A stretch of 64,000 nt of DNA from Enoplolaimus lenunculus (lineage: Eukaryota): positions 124,001 through 188,000 of the forward strand of contig JASANG010003696.1 of NCBI GenBank assembly GCA_030248215.1, written 5' to 3'. The position numbers were made by a program, and so were the translations under genes. Under the pieces are notes generated by a model, which ran no database searches, had not been told where the DNA came from, and worked only from the letters and a program-made list of their open reading frames with translations. Positions 12,036 through 25,700 of this stretch are shown in pieces (the stretch's first letter is position 1; every line of letters starts with the position of its first letter).

Positions 12036-15000
12036 AATGTCCGTTTTCCGATTCTATTATTCTCACTATATTGAAGTTCTTACTTTGTTGATCACAAATA
12101 TATAGTACACGAATAAATATGTAATGGCCGATAATGTTCCAACGGTGTTCACAGTCACCAGTGTCTTATTATCAACTGTCAGACCGTAGTAAAGAAGTAC
12201 GAAACTGCTAAAAATGGTTATTAAAATAGATGTAAATCATTGTCTAACTTCGCGAAACTATCAGTTCCTCCGGACATTATGTAAGCACCAAGGTGCAACA
12301 GGAGGCGAAAAACACCGGAGTTGGAGGTCAACAAGACTTGCCGGAGCCGGACCTGAGGTGAAGCCGGAGGTTAGGCGAAATTAGGTAGTTAAAATGTTGT
12401 TCAATTTGTTAATATTAGCATATATATATCTGCAATGTGCTGCCAAATCGTTTGGTTTTACGTTTTTTAGGAAATCTCGGCAATTGTTTCATCGAAATTG
12501 CGCCAAAAGTTAAAACGAAACGCGCCAAACAGATAAAGTTTGTAATACTACAGAAAATTTCATAGTTTTTGCCCTGGTAAACCACCATTATAATAAAATA
12601 ATTGTTTTCTTGAATATACACTTACTGCGCAGCTTTGAAAGCTTCCAGAATGCGGAAAATCGGCCTCCGGTTCCGGTATAATTTTTGCCGGACGTTCCGG
12701 CAATTTCGGTAGTAAAATTTTGCATAATTTTGCAAAATTTATCTGTTTTAGCGCGTTTCGTTTTACGTTTGTCACAATTTTCAGGAAATAATTTCTGAAA
12801 TTTTGCAGAAAATTAGCGTAAATCAAATAAATATTGGCTAAAATTAACTAACTAACCTTCATTTTTACTTCCAACTTTCCCATCACATCCGGCTCCGGCA
12901 AGTTTCGTTGACCTCCGGCTCCGGCTCCGATTCTGGCCCATGTAAAGATAGGGGCGGAGCGTTTTTCTGTGGGACTGCAACAGAGCGAACTTAAGTTTAG
13001 ACCAATTTTTTTGTTTGGCTTAGGCTTAGGCTTTGGCTTAGGCTTAGGAATAATGCTTATAATACTGTTCCACCCCTGTTCTTTACATTGGCCGATATTT
13101 TTCACCTCCGGTTGCACCCTGGTGGGTTAGGTTTTAGGTTTAAACTGGAAATAGAAATGTTCAAGTGCCATGTATCCAAACGCTTGTATTGCTAATTGCA
13201 GTACAAGTAAAACTTATATATGCGTTGATTGCAAGACAGCGTTGAAATGTAAGATAATTTTATACCTGTTTGATAGAAACTGCCGGCGTGCCTAGCGTAT
13301 GCGTCGAACTTGAGAACCTGTCCTTCACTTGGCTTAAGATCACTATTTTTCTTTTATATATACTTGTATACTTATATATGTCGTAGGCCAATCTGCTAAT
13401 CAGGCCAAACTTATACACCAATCAGATTTGATTACTTTGACAGACACAATACCGATAAACCAAACAGCGTTGGTCTCTCTGTTGTTTTGCGACATCTCAC
13501 AATCGCGATTTGTCCTAGGCCAAACTGCTATTCGCTTCGTATAGCACATTGGCCTGGGCCAATTGGTAATTGGACTGAATAGCAGATTGGCTTACGACAT
13601 AGAGAGACTGAAATTAAATTGTTGAGTAAAACAACTTGCCATAGATAACTCATCAGCAGTGGTATAGGTGATAGATTGTCCATTGAACCGTGACGTATGG
13701 TTTTAACAAGAGTAATGCTGAAAATTAAAAACAACATTTATAATATCTCTATTTTTTATTGTTATAGTCACTATGTGCAGGATACACTGGCTTAAAACTT
13801 GAGTAGCCTAACAATCGTCTGACGGTGAACATTTTAACTCTTCGGACTGTGTATTGAAATTTTCAACATTGAAACGCTAACCCCTTCTCACATAGAGCCG
13901 ACTGAGCAACTTAGAGCAATCTGTGTAAGTGAATTAACACACAATACGCAACGTTAAGAATTTACAACACGTATTTACTGTGCAAAATCTCCATAAGACG
14001 TTTGAAACCCTTGGGCTATAGCGTCATGTGCACTGCAAAAAATGGAGATTCAAAATGGACTGTCTCCGAAATAGGATCTACAGAACTACACACAGTTAAA
14101 TACGACTCCGCCAGACTTATATTTAACTCACTGAGTCGCACGTTTGACTCTGACGGAGTGGAATTTGACTCAGTTTGTGTAGTCCGGTAGAGCCTATTTC
14201 AAAAAGACTCAATTAGACTTACCGTTTTTTGCAGTGTACAAGGATATGAACGCATTACTGATATTACAGTATAATGAGCCAGTGTTAGTTTGAGGGATGA
14301 AACAGTGGTATAAAAACATTTTACTGAGCCTAAAGCCTAAGCCCAAGACTAAGCTTTAGCGTAAGCTTTAGGCCTAAGGGAAAAAGAGTCAAAAGCTTTA
14401 CTCTATTGGACACCCGAGGAAACATACATACTCTATTGGAGACCCGTTGAAACAAGGTACAACCCCTCAAAGTATGGGCAAATTGATGGATTATTAGCTG
14501 TTTAAAAGTCAGCGATTACCAAAATGTGCGCATATATTTAATATACTGTGGTATCTTGGTGAAGTTTAATGCAATTTAAATCATTTATTTATTATCCAAA
14601 TTTATATATTAACCGTTTTATACTACGGTGTTTTTGCGTGCATGTGCAATTTTTACTTATAATTTTACAAAACTGTTCAAATACTTTTGCAGAAAGGCAA
14701 AAAATTGTTACACCAAGGGTAGGGTTAAGCATATCGTATTGACCAACGAACCATATACCGTTTTTTCATGGACCCAATGATGGGCCAAATTTCCATCTCG
14801 TTCAGTGTAATATTTTCTTCGTGAAACAAAAGTTTTGCCGCAGTTTTGAGGTCAGCCAAATACGACATATTTGTTTAAAAGTTCAAAATACAAAAGTAAA
14901 ACTTACGAAGGTGATACATAGAGAGAATAAGTAGTCACTTGTGTTACTATATCAAAGATTGTCATATTATCCATGATCAAAGTTAATTATTAACTAAAAA

Positions 15001-15103
15001 TGTTGCTTTTCTACGTGCATTTAAAATAGACTTTTCAGTTGTTTTGCCTTCAAGTCTCAAGCTTAATTTTCGCGATTTATTTTATGCACTCAATATTCAA
15101 CTA

Positions 15104-15312
15104 CACTGCAAAAAATGGTGAGTCAAAATGACTGTCTCCGAAATAGGCTCTACGGGACTACACAAACTGAGTTAAACTCGACTGCACCAGAGTCAAATTC
15201 GACTCACTGAGTAGCACGCTTGACAGTGGCGGAGTCGAAGTTGACTCAGTTTGTGTAGTCTCGTGGAGCCTATTTCAGAGGAAGTCAATTCGACTCACCA
15301 TTTTTTGCAGTG
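15104..15312. mobile_element. Fully palindromic ~210-bp MITE, family C (CACTGCAAAAAA termini, GAGTC/GACTC subrepeats)
   Basis: The left half is the reverse complement of the right half. The TSD is 2 bp (TA here, CA at 19643-19849). Copies lie at 14031-14236, 19643-19849, 20842-21029, 26992-27191 and 61689-61908, with a half copy at about 7846-7951. Confidence 0.9.
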
Positions 15313-16467
15313 TACAATTAAGGATCAATAAAATCTGCGCTGTTTACAGAGAAATTTTATTTTTGTAATCTAATACCTCAATTCATAGTCTAAGCCTAAG
15401 CCTAAGCCTAAGCCTAAACTTAAGCCTATAAACCGTGTTTGTACCTGTGGCCCAAACTTGAAGCCTATTAAGCTTAAGGCTAAGAAGCCTATTAAAAAGT
15501 CTAAAACTTAAGCTTTAACGTTCTGCCCGTGAACTTTACATAGGTTCCTGCATTTCACAATACATGTGTTTCGAGTTTTCTGATATGTTTAAAAACGGTA
15601 AAAACTAATAATAAGCTTATATCAAGCTTCAAGTACGTGCTATTTTTGAGGTAAACATTAACCAAAGTCTCGTAAAAGCATACATGTACAAAAAATGAAA
15701 TTGTCGTTCTAAACAACATTCATGTTTTACGTAGTTGAGTATATACAAAGGAACACCAAAAATATAACCCACAAAATTGCTTCAGAAACAGGAACAAGGC
15801 CCTTTTATAGGGTTCTGAACAAAACTACTACTGTTTCGTAGGGCTAAAAAATTTTTTCATTAGCTACGCTGGCTCGTATAACCATTTCTTGCCTTTAATA
15901 ACCTTGCAGAATACGCCTTTAATACCGCGCCGTAGCCAAGGAACCGTCGAAAACGTTTGCCCGTTAAAGTGTGGCCCATGTAAAGATTAAGGGTGGAGAG
16001 TTGTTCTCTGGTACTAGAATAGAATAAGCTTAAGCTTTAGACTAATTTTTTTCGCTTGGGTTAGGCTTAGGCTTAGGCTTTGGCTTAGGAATATGCTCAT
16101 TCTTATTCTTAGGCTTGGGCTTAGGAATATGCTTATGAGACTGTTCCGCCCATGTTCTTTATTGCAAACTGCAGTTGCAAAAATTGCTAAATTCTATGAT
16201 GCATCTCATGAACCGTGCTTGAGCCGCCAAACATATTGAGTTGATAGAGGGCATAAGTCTTGATTTACTCTGAGGTCATGTCGAAGACTGGAAATACATA
16301 CAGCAAGAAAAAAAGCACTACAAAGCAAAATGAAACCTTGTGGTTTATAGTGTTTGTCAATATATACAAATATGTTAAAAACCTTAAAACCCATCATAGA
16401 TTTGTGTAGTTGTCCATAGGAAGCTTTTGCACTGTGGCAGACTCTAAACTTTTTTGGCCAATATTAA

Positions 16468-16730
16468 CCCTTTCTCACATGAATATTTTCTATTTTGCCT
16501 GAGACCTACTTTTATGGTAGGATTCGAACTCCAATGACTGGAGTGGGAGGCGTATACCATGACCACTCAACTATAGAAGCTTGACGCTCGAGCCCGAGGG
16601 GGCTCTAACGTCTTGTAGTAATTTAGTACTATGTATATGTGTTGCAATTGTTAAACACGGTGCGATATATATTATTTAACGTATTTACACTGCGCTGAGT
16701 TGCCTATAGGCAACTCAATGTGAGAAGGTG
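16468..16730. mobile_element. piggyBac-like MITE containing a tRNA-like segment
   Basis: TTAA|CCCTTTCTCACAT...ATGTGAGAAGGTG|TTAA. Related fragments lie at about 13879-13980 and 21050-21256. Confidence 0.65.
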
Positions 16731-18242
16731 TTAAGGGCGTAGCACACTAAATTTCTATGAGTTAACTAATCAACTCAGACGGAAAGTTGGTTATTTCTGA
16801 GCTTATAAACAGTAAACTTTAACTCACTCTGAGTTGACTTGATTCTCACTTTGAGTTGAGTTGACTCCGGCGAAGTTGATTAAATAAATCGGATTGAGTT
16901 GATTCTACTCAAAATTGTGAGTTCTGATAGTCCTAACTCAGACTGAGTGATTCAATTCATTTTGAGTTAAAATCAACTCACTGGAGTTTACAGTGTAGTA
17001 TAAGCATAACGCTAAGCCCGAACTAACACCAAACTCTGAATAAAAATTTAGTCGAAAGCTTAAATTGTTATCCAAGCTAGACGCGTGTTTGTTATGTAAG
17101 CCAGTACGAGCGTATCTGAGGCAACGTATCGGGACTCGCATCCTTTTGCATTCGTCCGTCGTTGAAGCTCTTGTGGCTGTGAACGAAGCCACACTGAACA
17201 ATATTTGATGAAATATGAAAAATAGTGTAATGTTAATATGATTTGTTTTATGGTTGGTATTCTGCTCCAAACCTAAGTATATAAAATTAGCAGACTCGTG
17301 CCATTGTGGGCCTGACCCAGGCCGAGACTGATGGGCTCGCAACGGGCCCTAAAAAGCCGGGCCGATGCCAACCTGGGTCACATTTCGTTAAGCAAATAAT
17401 GACGCTTGCGTCAGAGTTATGCCAGTGGCTGAACAACTGTGATTTCGGTGCATGCTGAATAATTCAACTCAACGAGGGCGTTTTTGTTAAATTTTGTATT
17501 TTTATTTTCCAATCCGCGGACGCCAAAGTTAAAACTGAAGTTGTTTTAATTTTCTGGAACCTAAAAATTTTGGTACAAACATCGCCTGAATCTGGGACCC
17601 ATATTCTCAAATACGGATCACAGCTATCGCCAGTTGAGCGATAGGTTTTCAACCTGACAAAATGCTTCAATTGCGGATTTTAAAATAGGCACTGCGGTGG
17701 ATCGTAGGTTACACCAAATACGAAAAATGGCACACAATTTCTAACCCAACCATTGACCAGTTTGAAGGAAAATCCGGACCTGGTCCAAGCTTCCATTATA
17801 CATCTAAATTCTCAAAAAAAAGCAGAAAATGAGTATACAACTGTTTCACTATCAATTTTAAGCGTTCGCATTACGTTTCTCTTTTTTTACAATATTATGT
17901 TATCTACAAAGCCAAAAAAGCGATAAAAGTTACAAAAATTAACACTAAATTTTAGATTTTTCAAAGGCTACCTAGGAAATTAACTAGAATGTTGAGCAAT
18001 ATATACGCAAAAAATAGTATTTTTCACTACACAAACAACGCTCTAATATGTATTGTGTAAATGATATACTATTTGTTGAAACGGTTTTCCAGCGTAAACA
18101 TGCGTCCGCGAATTTAATGTGGGCCCAAAACAAGCCATATTTAAACATCAGGCAGTAATCAAACGCGGTGTCTAACATATGGCATCAAAATCTCAAAGGC
18201 GACGCCAGGAATCAAAACCGAAATTTTGTATTAACCTTTTAG

Positions 18243-18426
18243 GGCCAATGTTACTTTTAGGAGCGTAACCGTAGATTAAGCGTATTCCTAAGCCTTAGCC
18301 TATGTGTTGCAAAAATGAGTTCCTAAACCTAAACCTAAGCCTAAGCAAAAAATGTAATCTAGAATCTAAACTTACTCTTTTATTCACCCACCAGAAATCT
18401 GGACGCCCATTAAACTAACATGGACC
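18243..18426. mobile_element. Telomere-repeat-carrying MITE, family B (Merlin-like)
   Basis: TIR consensus GGCCAATGTTACTTTTAGGGGCGT...ACGCCCCTAAAAGTAACATGGGCC with internal (GCCTAA)n. Copies lie at 25373-25569, ~26154-26342, 37204-37400, 58893-59077 (perfect TSD AAAATTTC) and 62403-62587 (CTGGAGTT/CTGGGGTT). Confidence 0.85.
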
Positions 18427-19035
18427 ACATTTAGAAACACTGAAATTGAGTTTGGTTTCTGGCTCGCTTCGTTTGCGAGCTTCCTTTTACAAAAATATAC
18501 CGCATGGCCAACATGAGAAATTTCTGAATACACCACTGTAAACATGGTTTAGAAACAAAATAAACACGTCCATCACAGTCAGGTATCGCGAAAATGGTTG
18601 CGTTGTCCGTATCCAATTTTGCTGCGAACGGGCAGCCTCATGTGAAGGTTGTATACAAGCGAGTGTAGCGAGCGAGAAATTTTTTTCGACCCATAGGTTT
18701 TATGGAGTTTATGTTAAACTATGTTTAAAAAAGCTATTTTTCTCTTCTCTCCAGAAATTTCGAGGGAGTATATCCTCTCATTGTATATATATCTTGTTAA
18801 TTGTTATCCATAAATGTAAATATTTACATTTTGCATTTTGTTCGGTACAAATATTTAATCAGAGTAAAAGCAACAAGTTGTTGATACACAACAAAGCTCG
18901 AATGGGCTTCTAGTAGTCTATGCCGTCTAAATGGTCAAAAAATTAAACAACATTTGTGCAGTGACAGATGTAGATTCGATATCAACTTTGACACGCACGT
19001 TACGCGAAACTCTTAAGACGTTTCGCAGTTGGTTT

Positions 19036-19167
19036 GTTAGATGTTAAAAATTGAGGCTTGGAGCCCTAAAGAAGAGGTCGTTAGATGTTAAAAATTGAGG
19101 CTTGGAGCCCTAAAGAAGAGGTCGTTAGATGTTAAAAATTGAGGCTTGGAGCCCTAAAGAAGAGGTC
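19036..19167 (+). repeat. Perfect tandem repeat, 3 x 44 bp
   Basis: GTTAGATGTTAAAAATTGAGGCTTGGAGCCCTAAAGAAGAGGTC is repeated three times with no spacers. Confidence 0.95.
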
Positions 19168-20477
19168 CTACCTTTGCACTGTAAATTTCAGTAAGTTGAT
19201 TTTAACTCAGAATGAGGTGAATCACTCAGTCTGAAACATGACTATCAGAACTGAGAATTTTGAGTTGATTCAATTCATTCTTTTCGTTTGCCAGTTCGAT
19301 CCGTTTGGGCTTTGAGTATGCTGTGTCCGGTTTAACTACACCTGTAAGTTTCGCCTGCGGCATGATTTACATTTTTGAGATTTTGAGGCAATGTCTCTTC
19401 ACCCATGCTGAAATCGTAAACAGTAGGCACAACTCGTAGCTATCACAAACAAACAAAACTTAAACCTGGAATAAATTCATTTATGTTGAACCTAACTATA
19501 AAATATTTATTGTTCAAAAACCCCATTGACCGGTGAGAAAATCTGAGATGATATAAATCCGATTTACTAGCAAAAGATTTTGCTGTATTTTTCTGAAAGG
19601 CAATTGAACCCAAATCATCTGAACCGCTTTAATAACTGTACACACTGCAAAAATCGTGAAGAAATTGACTCTTTCTGAAATATTCTCTACTGGACTACAC
19701 AAACTGAGTCAAATTCGAATAAGCAAGGGTCAAATTTGACTCACTGTGTCGCACGTTTTAATCTGGCGAAGTCGAACTCGACTCAATTTGTGTAGTATCG
19801 TAAAGCCTATTTCGGAGACAGTCAATTTGACTCACAATTTTTTGTAGTGCACAGGAGCTGTCTAGAATACAACTGCAACCAAAGTAGTTTCAACTAGTGA
19901 TTCAATCTGAACATTGACCAAAATGATAACAGTAGGCAACATTTTAGATTTCAGTTGAAATTTAGAATCGAAATCTAAATATGGTTAAAGATATTAAATC
20001 GGTGATGTCACAATGTTTTTAGCTTTTTCTGAGATGAGCACTACTGATCGGTGCGCAGCGCTAGAGTTTATCTGTTCTGATTTTTGATTTCCTTGAGTTT
20101 ACGTTCGGACTACAACTCAACAAAGCAAGGATGGATAGTCGTAACTGGGGTCATATTCACACCGGATTAACACGAAACCAAAATTTGTACCAAGATTAGT
20201 GCTAAAATTGCGTTTGGCCTGGCGCTCGCTTCGCTCCCAGGATTTTTCTTTATGCTGCACATAATTAAATTATTTCACATGCAGAAAGTTCATTTTGACA
20301 CGTTTTGTGCTATTTTCAAAATTTTTTGAAGTGATCAGGGGCCGCATTTGCCATTTTGGATGACCTCTGATATCCTAGCGGCGGTCGATGTAATGAACAG
20401 GGGCGGAACAGTGTTACAAGCATATTTCTAAGCCTATGCCTAAGCCAAGCAAAAAATAAGTCTAAAGCATACGCTTA

Positions 20478-20729
20478 CACTGTGAATTTCAGTGAGTTGA
20501 TTTTAACTCAGAATGAGTTGAATCCACTCAGAATCTAAGCTCTGAATTAGCTCTTTTAGAACTCACAATTCTGAATAGATTGAACTCACTCTGAGTTAAT
20601 TAATCAACGCGCTCGGAATTAACCCAGCTCAGTGCGAGTTAATATTTATTGACAATAGCTCAGAAATTACCAGAAATAATAAATTCCCTCTCTGAGAGTT
20701 GATTAATCAACTCACTGCAATTTACAGTG
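20478..20729. mobile_element. MITE, family D (CACTGT...ACAGTG termini, GAGTTGA/TCAACTC subrepeats), here nested in a family A element
   Basis: Inserted at a duplicated TA. Copies lie at 16745-16995, ~19177-19280 (partial), 24638-24885, 25035-25266, 27650-27925, ~41360-41540 (partial) and 45293-45541. Confidence 0.85.
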
Positions 20730-22781
20730 TACTCTATTCTAGTCCCACATAAAAACGTCCCACCCCTGATCTAACATGGGCCCCATCGGCGGCCCAATTA
20801 ACTTTACTTTTCTCGTATGAATATTTTATTTTGTGTATATATACTGCAAAAAATGGTGAGTCAAACTGACTCTCTCCGAAATAGTTTCTACGTGACAGCA
20901 CAAACTGAGTTAAATTCGACTTACTAATTCGCACGTTTGCCTCTGGCGGAGTCGAATTTGACTTTGTTTATGTAGTCCCGAAAAGCCTATTTTGGAGAGA
21001 GTAAATTTGACTCGCCCGTTTTTGCAGTGTACGAACTGCAGTTCAAGCCATTATTCGAATCGCAGGCATCGTAAGTCTGATATAGGAGCATGACGCTCGA
21101 GTCCGAGAGGGCTTTCACGGTTGGTGGAAATTTTACACTGCGCATTCGTAAAGCATAAAATCTATTTAACGCTGCTCACTGTGTATATTTATTAAATTCG
21201 CCGTGTACAGAGATTGCTCTCAGTTGCTCACAGTAACTCATTTGTGATAAGTTGTAATACTCCACGCTCAAGATTTGAGGTTAAACATCCGCGTGTAAGA
21301 GAGGGGAATAGCGACCTAGAAGCTAAATGTTCCAACAGTGATTATCTATGTTCCAGTAGCGTATCGTACAATTTGGTCGCAGAAAAAATCTGAAATTATA
21401 TAGAATTAGCCAAGTCATTGATTCCTGAATGTGCCCGCATTTCGATGTGGTTGAACCGGGGGGATTGCTTTTTTAACGGATCATCGTACTTCCCCGTGTT
21501 GGTGACTTTAAAACGTACTTTTACCTACACCAGTAACGGGTATCGCCTAAATCACCGTAGTCGACAATTTTCCATCATCATAGGTCAAAAATTGCCGAGG
21601 GTAGGCGGTTCATAAACCTATTAGACTTATAATCGTTAATGATGGTTCTATATTAAAATAGTGTGTTTGTCTGGCACCTAAACATATGGATTAGGCGCAG
21701 TGGCGGATCCAGAAATACCCAAAAGGGAGCGAATCGTAGAAGCAAATTCGTGAGCGAAGCGGACAAGAAGCCGAATCGAGCTTTAGCGCTAAGCTTTATA
21801 TGAAATCTTGATTTTGATCCCATGTTTGGAGGACCTAAGGCAGGATGCCCTCCATTGGATTCGTCAGTGTGATTAGGTAAAAGTTGTGTACCCCTGGCTC
21901 TTCTTGGAACGCATTTGTCTTAGTTTCAGCAACAGTAACGGAACAACGAAAAAAGTTGTCGCTCACAGTTAAATACCAAGCAGTGCGATACAGAACCAAT
22001 AAATTTCTAAACTGCCACACACACACATACACACACATATATAAATATATATATATATATTTATATATATGTATATGAACTGTTAAGTAGTGTAATCGCG
22101 TATCGCAACACTGAAATCTAAACAATGGATTGCTTAGCGTCTTGCTTACTGTTTGTCTACAACACCAAAAATGCTGCAGTAAAATTGAAATTTTGTATAC
22201 TTCACATTTAAAAAAGGTTTAGCACAGTGCACCCATAGACACAGCATCCGGAGGGACAGAAATCTGGAAATTTGCCATTTTTCATGTTTTGCCCTATTCA
22301 TTTAAATGAAACAGGAAACATTAATATTGAGGTTTTATGCGTAAAAGTTTGAAATATTGACTATCGCTATTGTGGAAAGTACTAATTTAGGTTGAATTAA
22401 TTATGCAAATTAGCCTTTAGCTAATAAACGGCCCAAAATGTTAAAACCCCAATGCGAGGTTAACACCGCCGGATAATTGGCTTCCAAACAAAAAAATTTA
22501 TCAAAATCGGTTCAGGCGTTCCTGAGATTCTTTTCGGACGGACAGACGGACATCCACCTTTCGACCCCCAAGTACAAAACATAAAACGCTTCGAGAAACT
22601 CCGAGCTTTGCTCGGAGTTTCGCTTCGCTCAAAAATGTTCACATTTTAAATTTAAGCATTTCGTCTGATTTATGGTTGAAATCAACTTATTGTTTGTTTA
22701 TAAATTTTTATCTGCAAGCTTACATACGTAGGTAATTTAATTTCGTAACAAAACGCAATTACTTTAAGCAACGTCGCAGTA

Positions 22782-25700
22782 ATGTTCAAATTACTTCAGA
22801 ACGGAATTACTATGCCAATGATAGGCATGGGAACGTCAATGTTGGTAAGAACAAAGGCATATTAATTCTTTAATTTTACTAAAAATGAATGTTACAAAGG
22901 ACGGAACATTGTTCTGCGGGACTGCTATAGAGTAAGCTTAAGCTTTGGATATTTAATTGGCTTACGTTTATACGCTTTAGGCTTATGCCTGGGAATATGC
23001 TTATACTACTGCTACGGCCCTGTTCTATACACTGGCTAAACTTTTAAGACAGATTTAAATGTTATGTTTTTAAGTCGAATGTTATATTAATGCTTATTGT
23101 TGAAGCAATTGCTGATAAAAAATATTTTAGAAACATATTAGTAGATAGACTAGATAGACCGCGTCAATTAGCAGGGCCTACATTGCTGAAAGTAAGAAAG
23201 ACAGAAGGACTTAGAGATTAGACTGGGCTTAGGCCTATGTTTAGCCTTATGTTTAGGCTTATGCTCAGGCTTTGAATAATAGGCTCAGGTTGCTGGTTTG
23301 GATTTGGTTGATTGAGTTCTCTAGGTTTTGTCTAATGTTTAAGGCTTGGAGTTTAGTTTAAGCGTTTGTTTACAATTTGGCTCGGGTTAATTGTTTTGGC
23401 TTTAGGTTTAGTGAGTGGGTCAGGCTTAGTTTTTGTTTTAGGCTTACACTTTGGTTTAGAATTGCGCTCGGGTTAATGGTTTAGGCTTTAGGCTTTTCGG
23501 GCAAGCCACTATAAAATTAATACAAATGGATTGTATACTCAAAATAATAGGTTTAAAATTTAAGCCAATGGATGACGTCACAGTGGACTTACTGGTGACA
23601 GCAATCAAAGACATTGGCTACCGTCATATCGATACAGCTCATTGCTACGATAACGAACATTTGATTGGTGAAGCAATTCAACGCGTACTTTCTGATCCAG
23701 AAGCTAAAATTTGTCGAGAAGATTTATTCATCACTTCGAAGGTAACCTTCAACTTTGTAGGATGCTAAATGCAATCTGATGCATTTAAAACCATCCAATC
23801 AACGTGAGGTTCAAGCAGAACAACTTTTGACTTCTACAATTTCCTGCAAGAAATACTTTTATTTTATCTGAGTATACGTCGAAATGCTATTTGATTAAAG
23901 TCTGTCGAAATGAAATAAAGATTGAAAAAAATTTAGGTGGGGCCAAAATTCTTCCAGGGGTCTGAACCTTGCCTGGCCCCCCTTGGCTACGGCCTGTCAA
24001 ATCTTGTTTTCATATTTGAAAACACATGTCTATTTTTCAGATAAACCCAACTATGCAACGACCAGATCAAGTTCTAAAGTTAGTCCGGCAAAGCCTACAG
24101 CGATTAAGGTTAACCTACATGGACTGCGTACTGATCCATTCACCAGTAGCGCTAAAGGTGAAATATACCCGTTGATTTAGTCAAAAGCGGATAATCTCAA
24201 CAAGAGTGTGCAACTGGGAACATTCCGTGTACAAAAAAATGAACTTAGCGCACTTTGCGTTTTTGGCCTACACCCCTTATGAGGGGTGCAATGGAACATT
24301 TTTCTCGGTTTTAGATGTTAAAATATTCTAATATTGTAAAGTTGCTCCATCTAATACTTTCAAAATCCATGCGTATTCTACGTATGAAGCGTTAACTACC
24401 ACTCCCCACCCATAATCTGGGGGGTCGGCCAAAAACGCAACGCCCGTTAGTATATTTAGTACCACGGAATAATTCTTCAGTTACAAATTTACAGTTTAAT
24501 ATTGACCAATGACGTGGGTAAGTACCTATAGAAATGCTTCTAGAGATACGATGATCCAAACATAAGCATTTTGGCAAATAAAAGCATACACCTAATGGTT
24601 GTAGTTACTGTATTATAAATCACTGCAATTTTAAGAGCACTGTAAATTCCAATGAGTTGATTATAACTCAGAATGAGTTAAATAATTCAGTCTGAGTTAG
24701 AACTATCAGAACTTAAAATTTTGAGTTGATTCAACTTAATCTGATTTAATTAATCATTTTGCTCGTAATTAACTCAACTCAGAGTAAGAATCGACGAAAC
24801 TCAGAGTGAGCTAAAGTTTTCGGTTGTTAACTCAGAAATAACTAACTTTCAATCTGAGTTGATTAAGTAGTTGGAATTTACAGTGTGTTTCCATGCTGTT
24901 GCAAAATCTGTTTTACTATTGAAAAGTTATTTTCAGGAATTTGATCGGAAAACGACAAATCCAAATATGCCATTTCCGGTGGATGACAGTGTTGACTACT
25001 TGGACACATGGAAGGTATAACGTTTCGAGTAATACACTGTAAATTCCAGTGAATTGATTTCAACGAGTTGAATCATTGAGTTGTGAATTACGTTTTTCGG
25101 AACTCGGAATTATGACTTGATTAAACACATTCTGAGTTAAATAATCAACTCCCCCGGAATAAAGCCAGCTCACAGTGAGCTAATGTTTAACTGTTACCGC
25201 AGAAATAACCAAAAATGACTAATTCCGTTCTCTGAGTTGGTTAAATCAACTCATTGCAATACAGTATGACAACAAAAAAATAGTATATACATTAATCTTT
25301 AACTTTTATCAGAAATGCAAGTACTTTATTCACAATCTTTTGCCATTTTGTGGTTATGACGCTGACGTATTCGGCCAATGTTGCTACATTTAGGGCCGTA
25401 ACTGTAGATTAAGCGTATTCTAAAGCCTAAGCCTAAGTAAGCCTAAGCGCTGCAAATGCGTATGCCTAAGCCAAAGCCTAAGCCTAAACAAAAAATGTAG
25501 CCTAGAATGTAAGCCTACTCTTTTTCGGACCCACCAGAAACCGAAACGGCCCTAAAAGTAATATGGACCGAACGTATTCTATACGGGATCAACTGAAACA
25601 TTATTTACTACGTCTACTTTGAACTGTTTACAAGCAAACAACACCTGCGAAGAATATTTCCGGTTTCAGTTGCCAATTCACGCTAATAAACGTATTCCTC

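Noticed and set aside
19036..19167. CRISPR-like array
   Set aside because: The repeats are contiguous with no spacers, there are no cas genes, and the context is eukaryotic.
5437..22781. Autonomous transposase or additional gene in the 17-kb intergenic region
   Set aside because: No long ORF or exon chain with recognisable motifs was found; the listed ORFs overlap MITEs. Small exons could have been missed.
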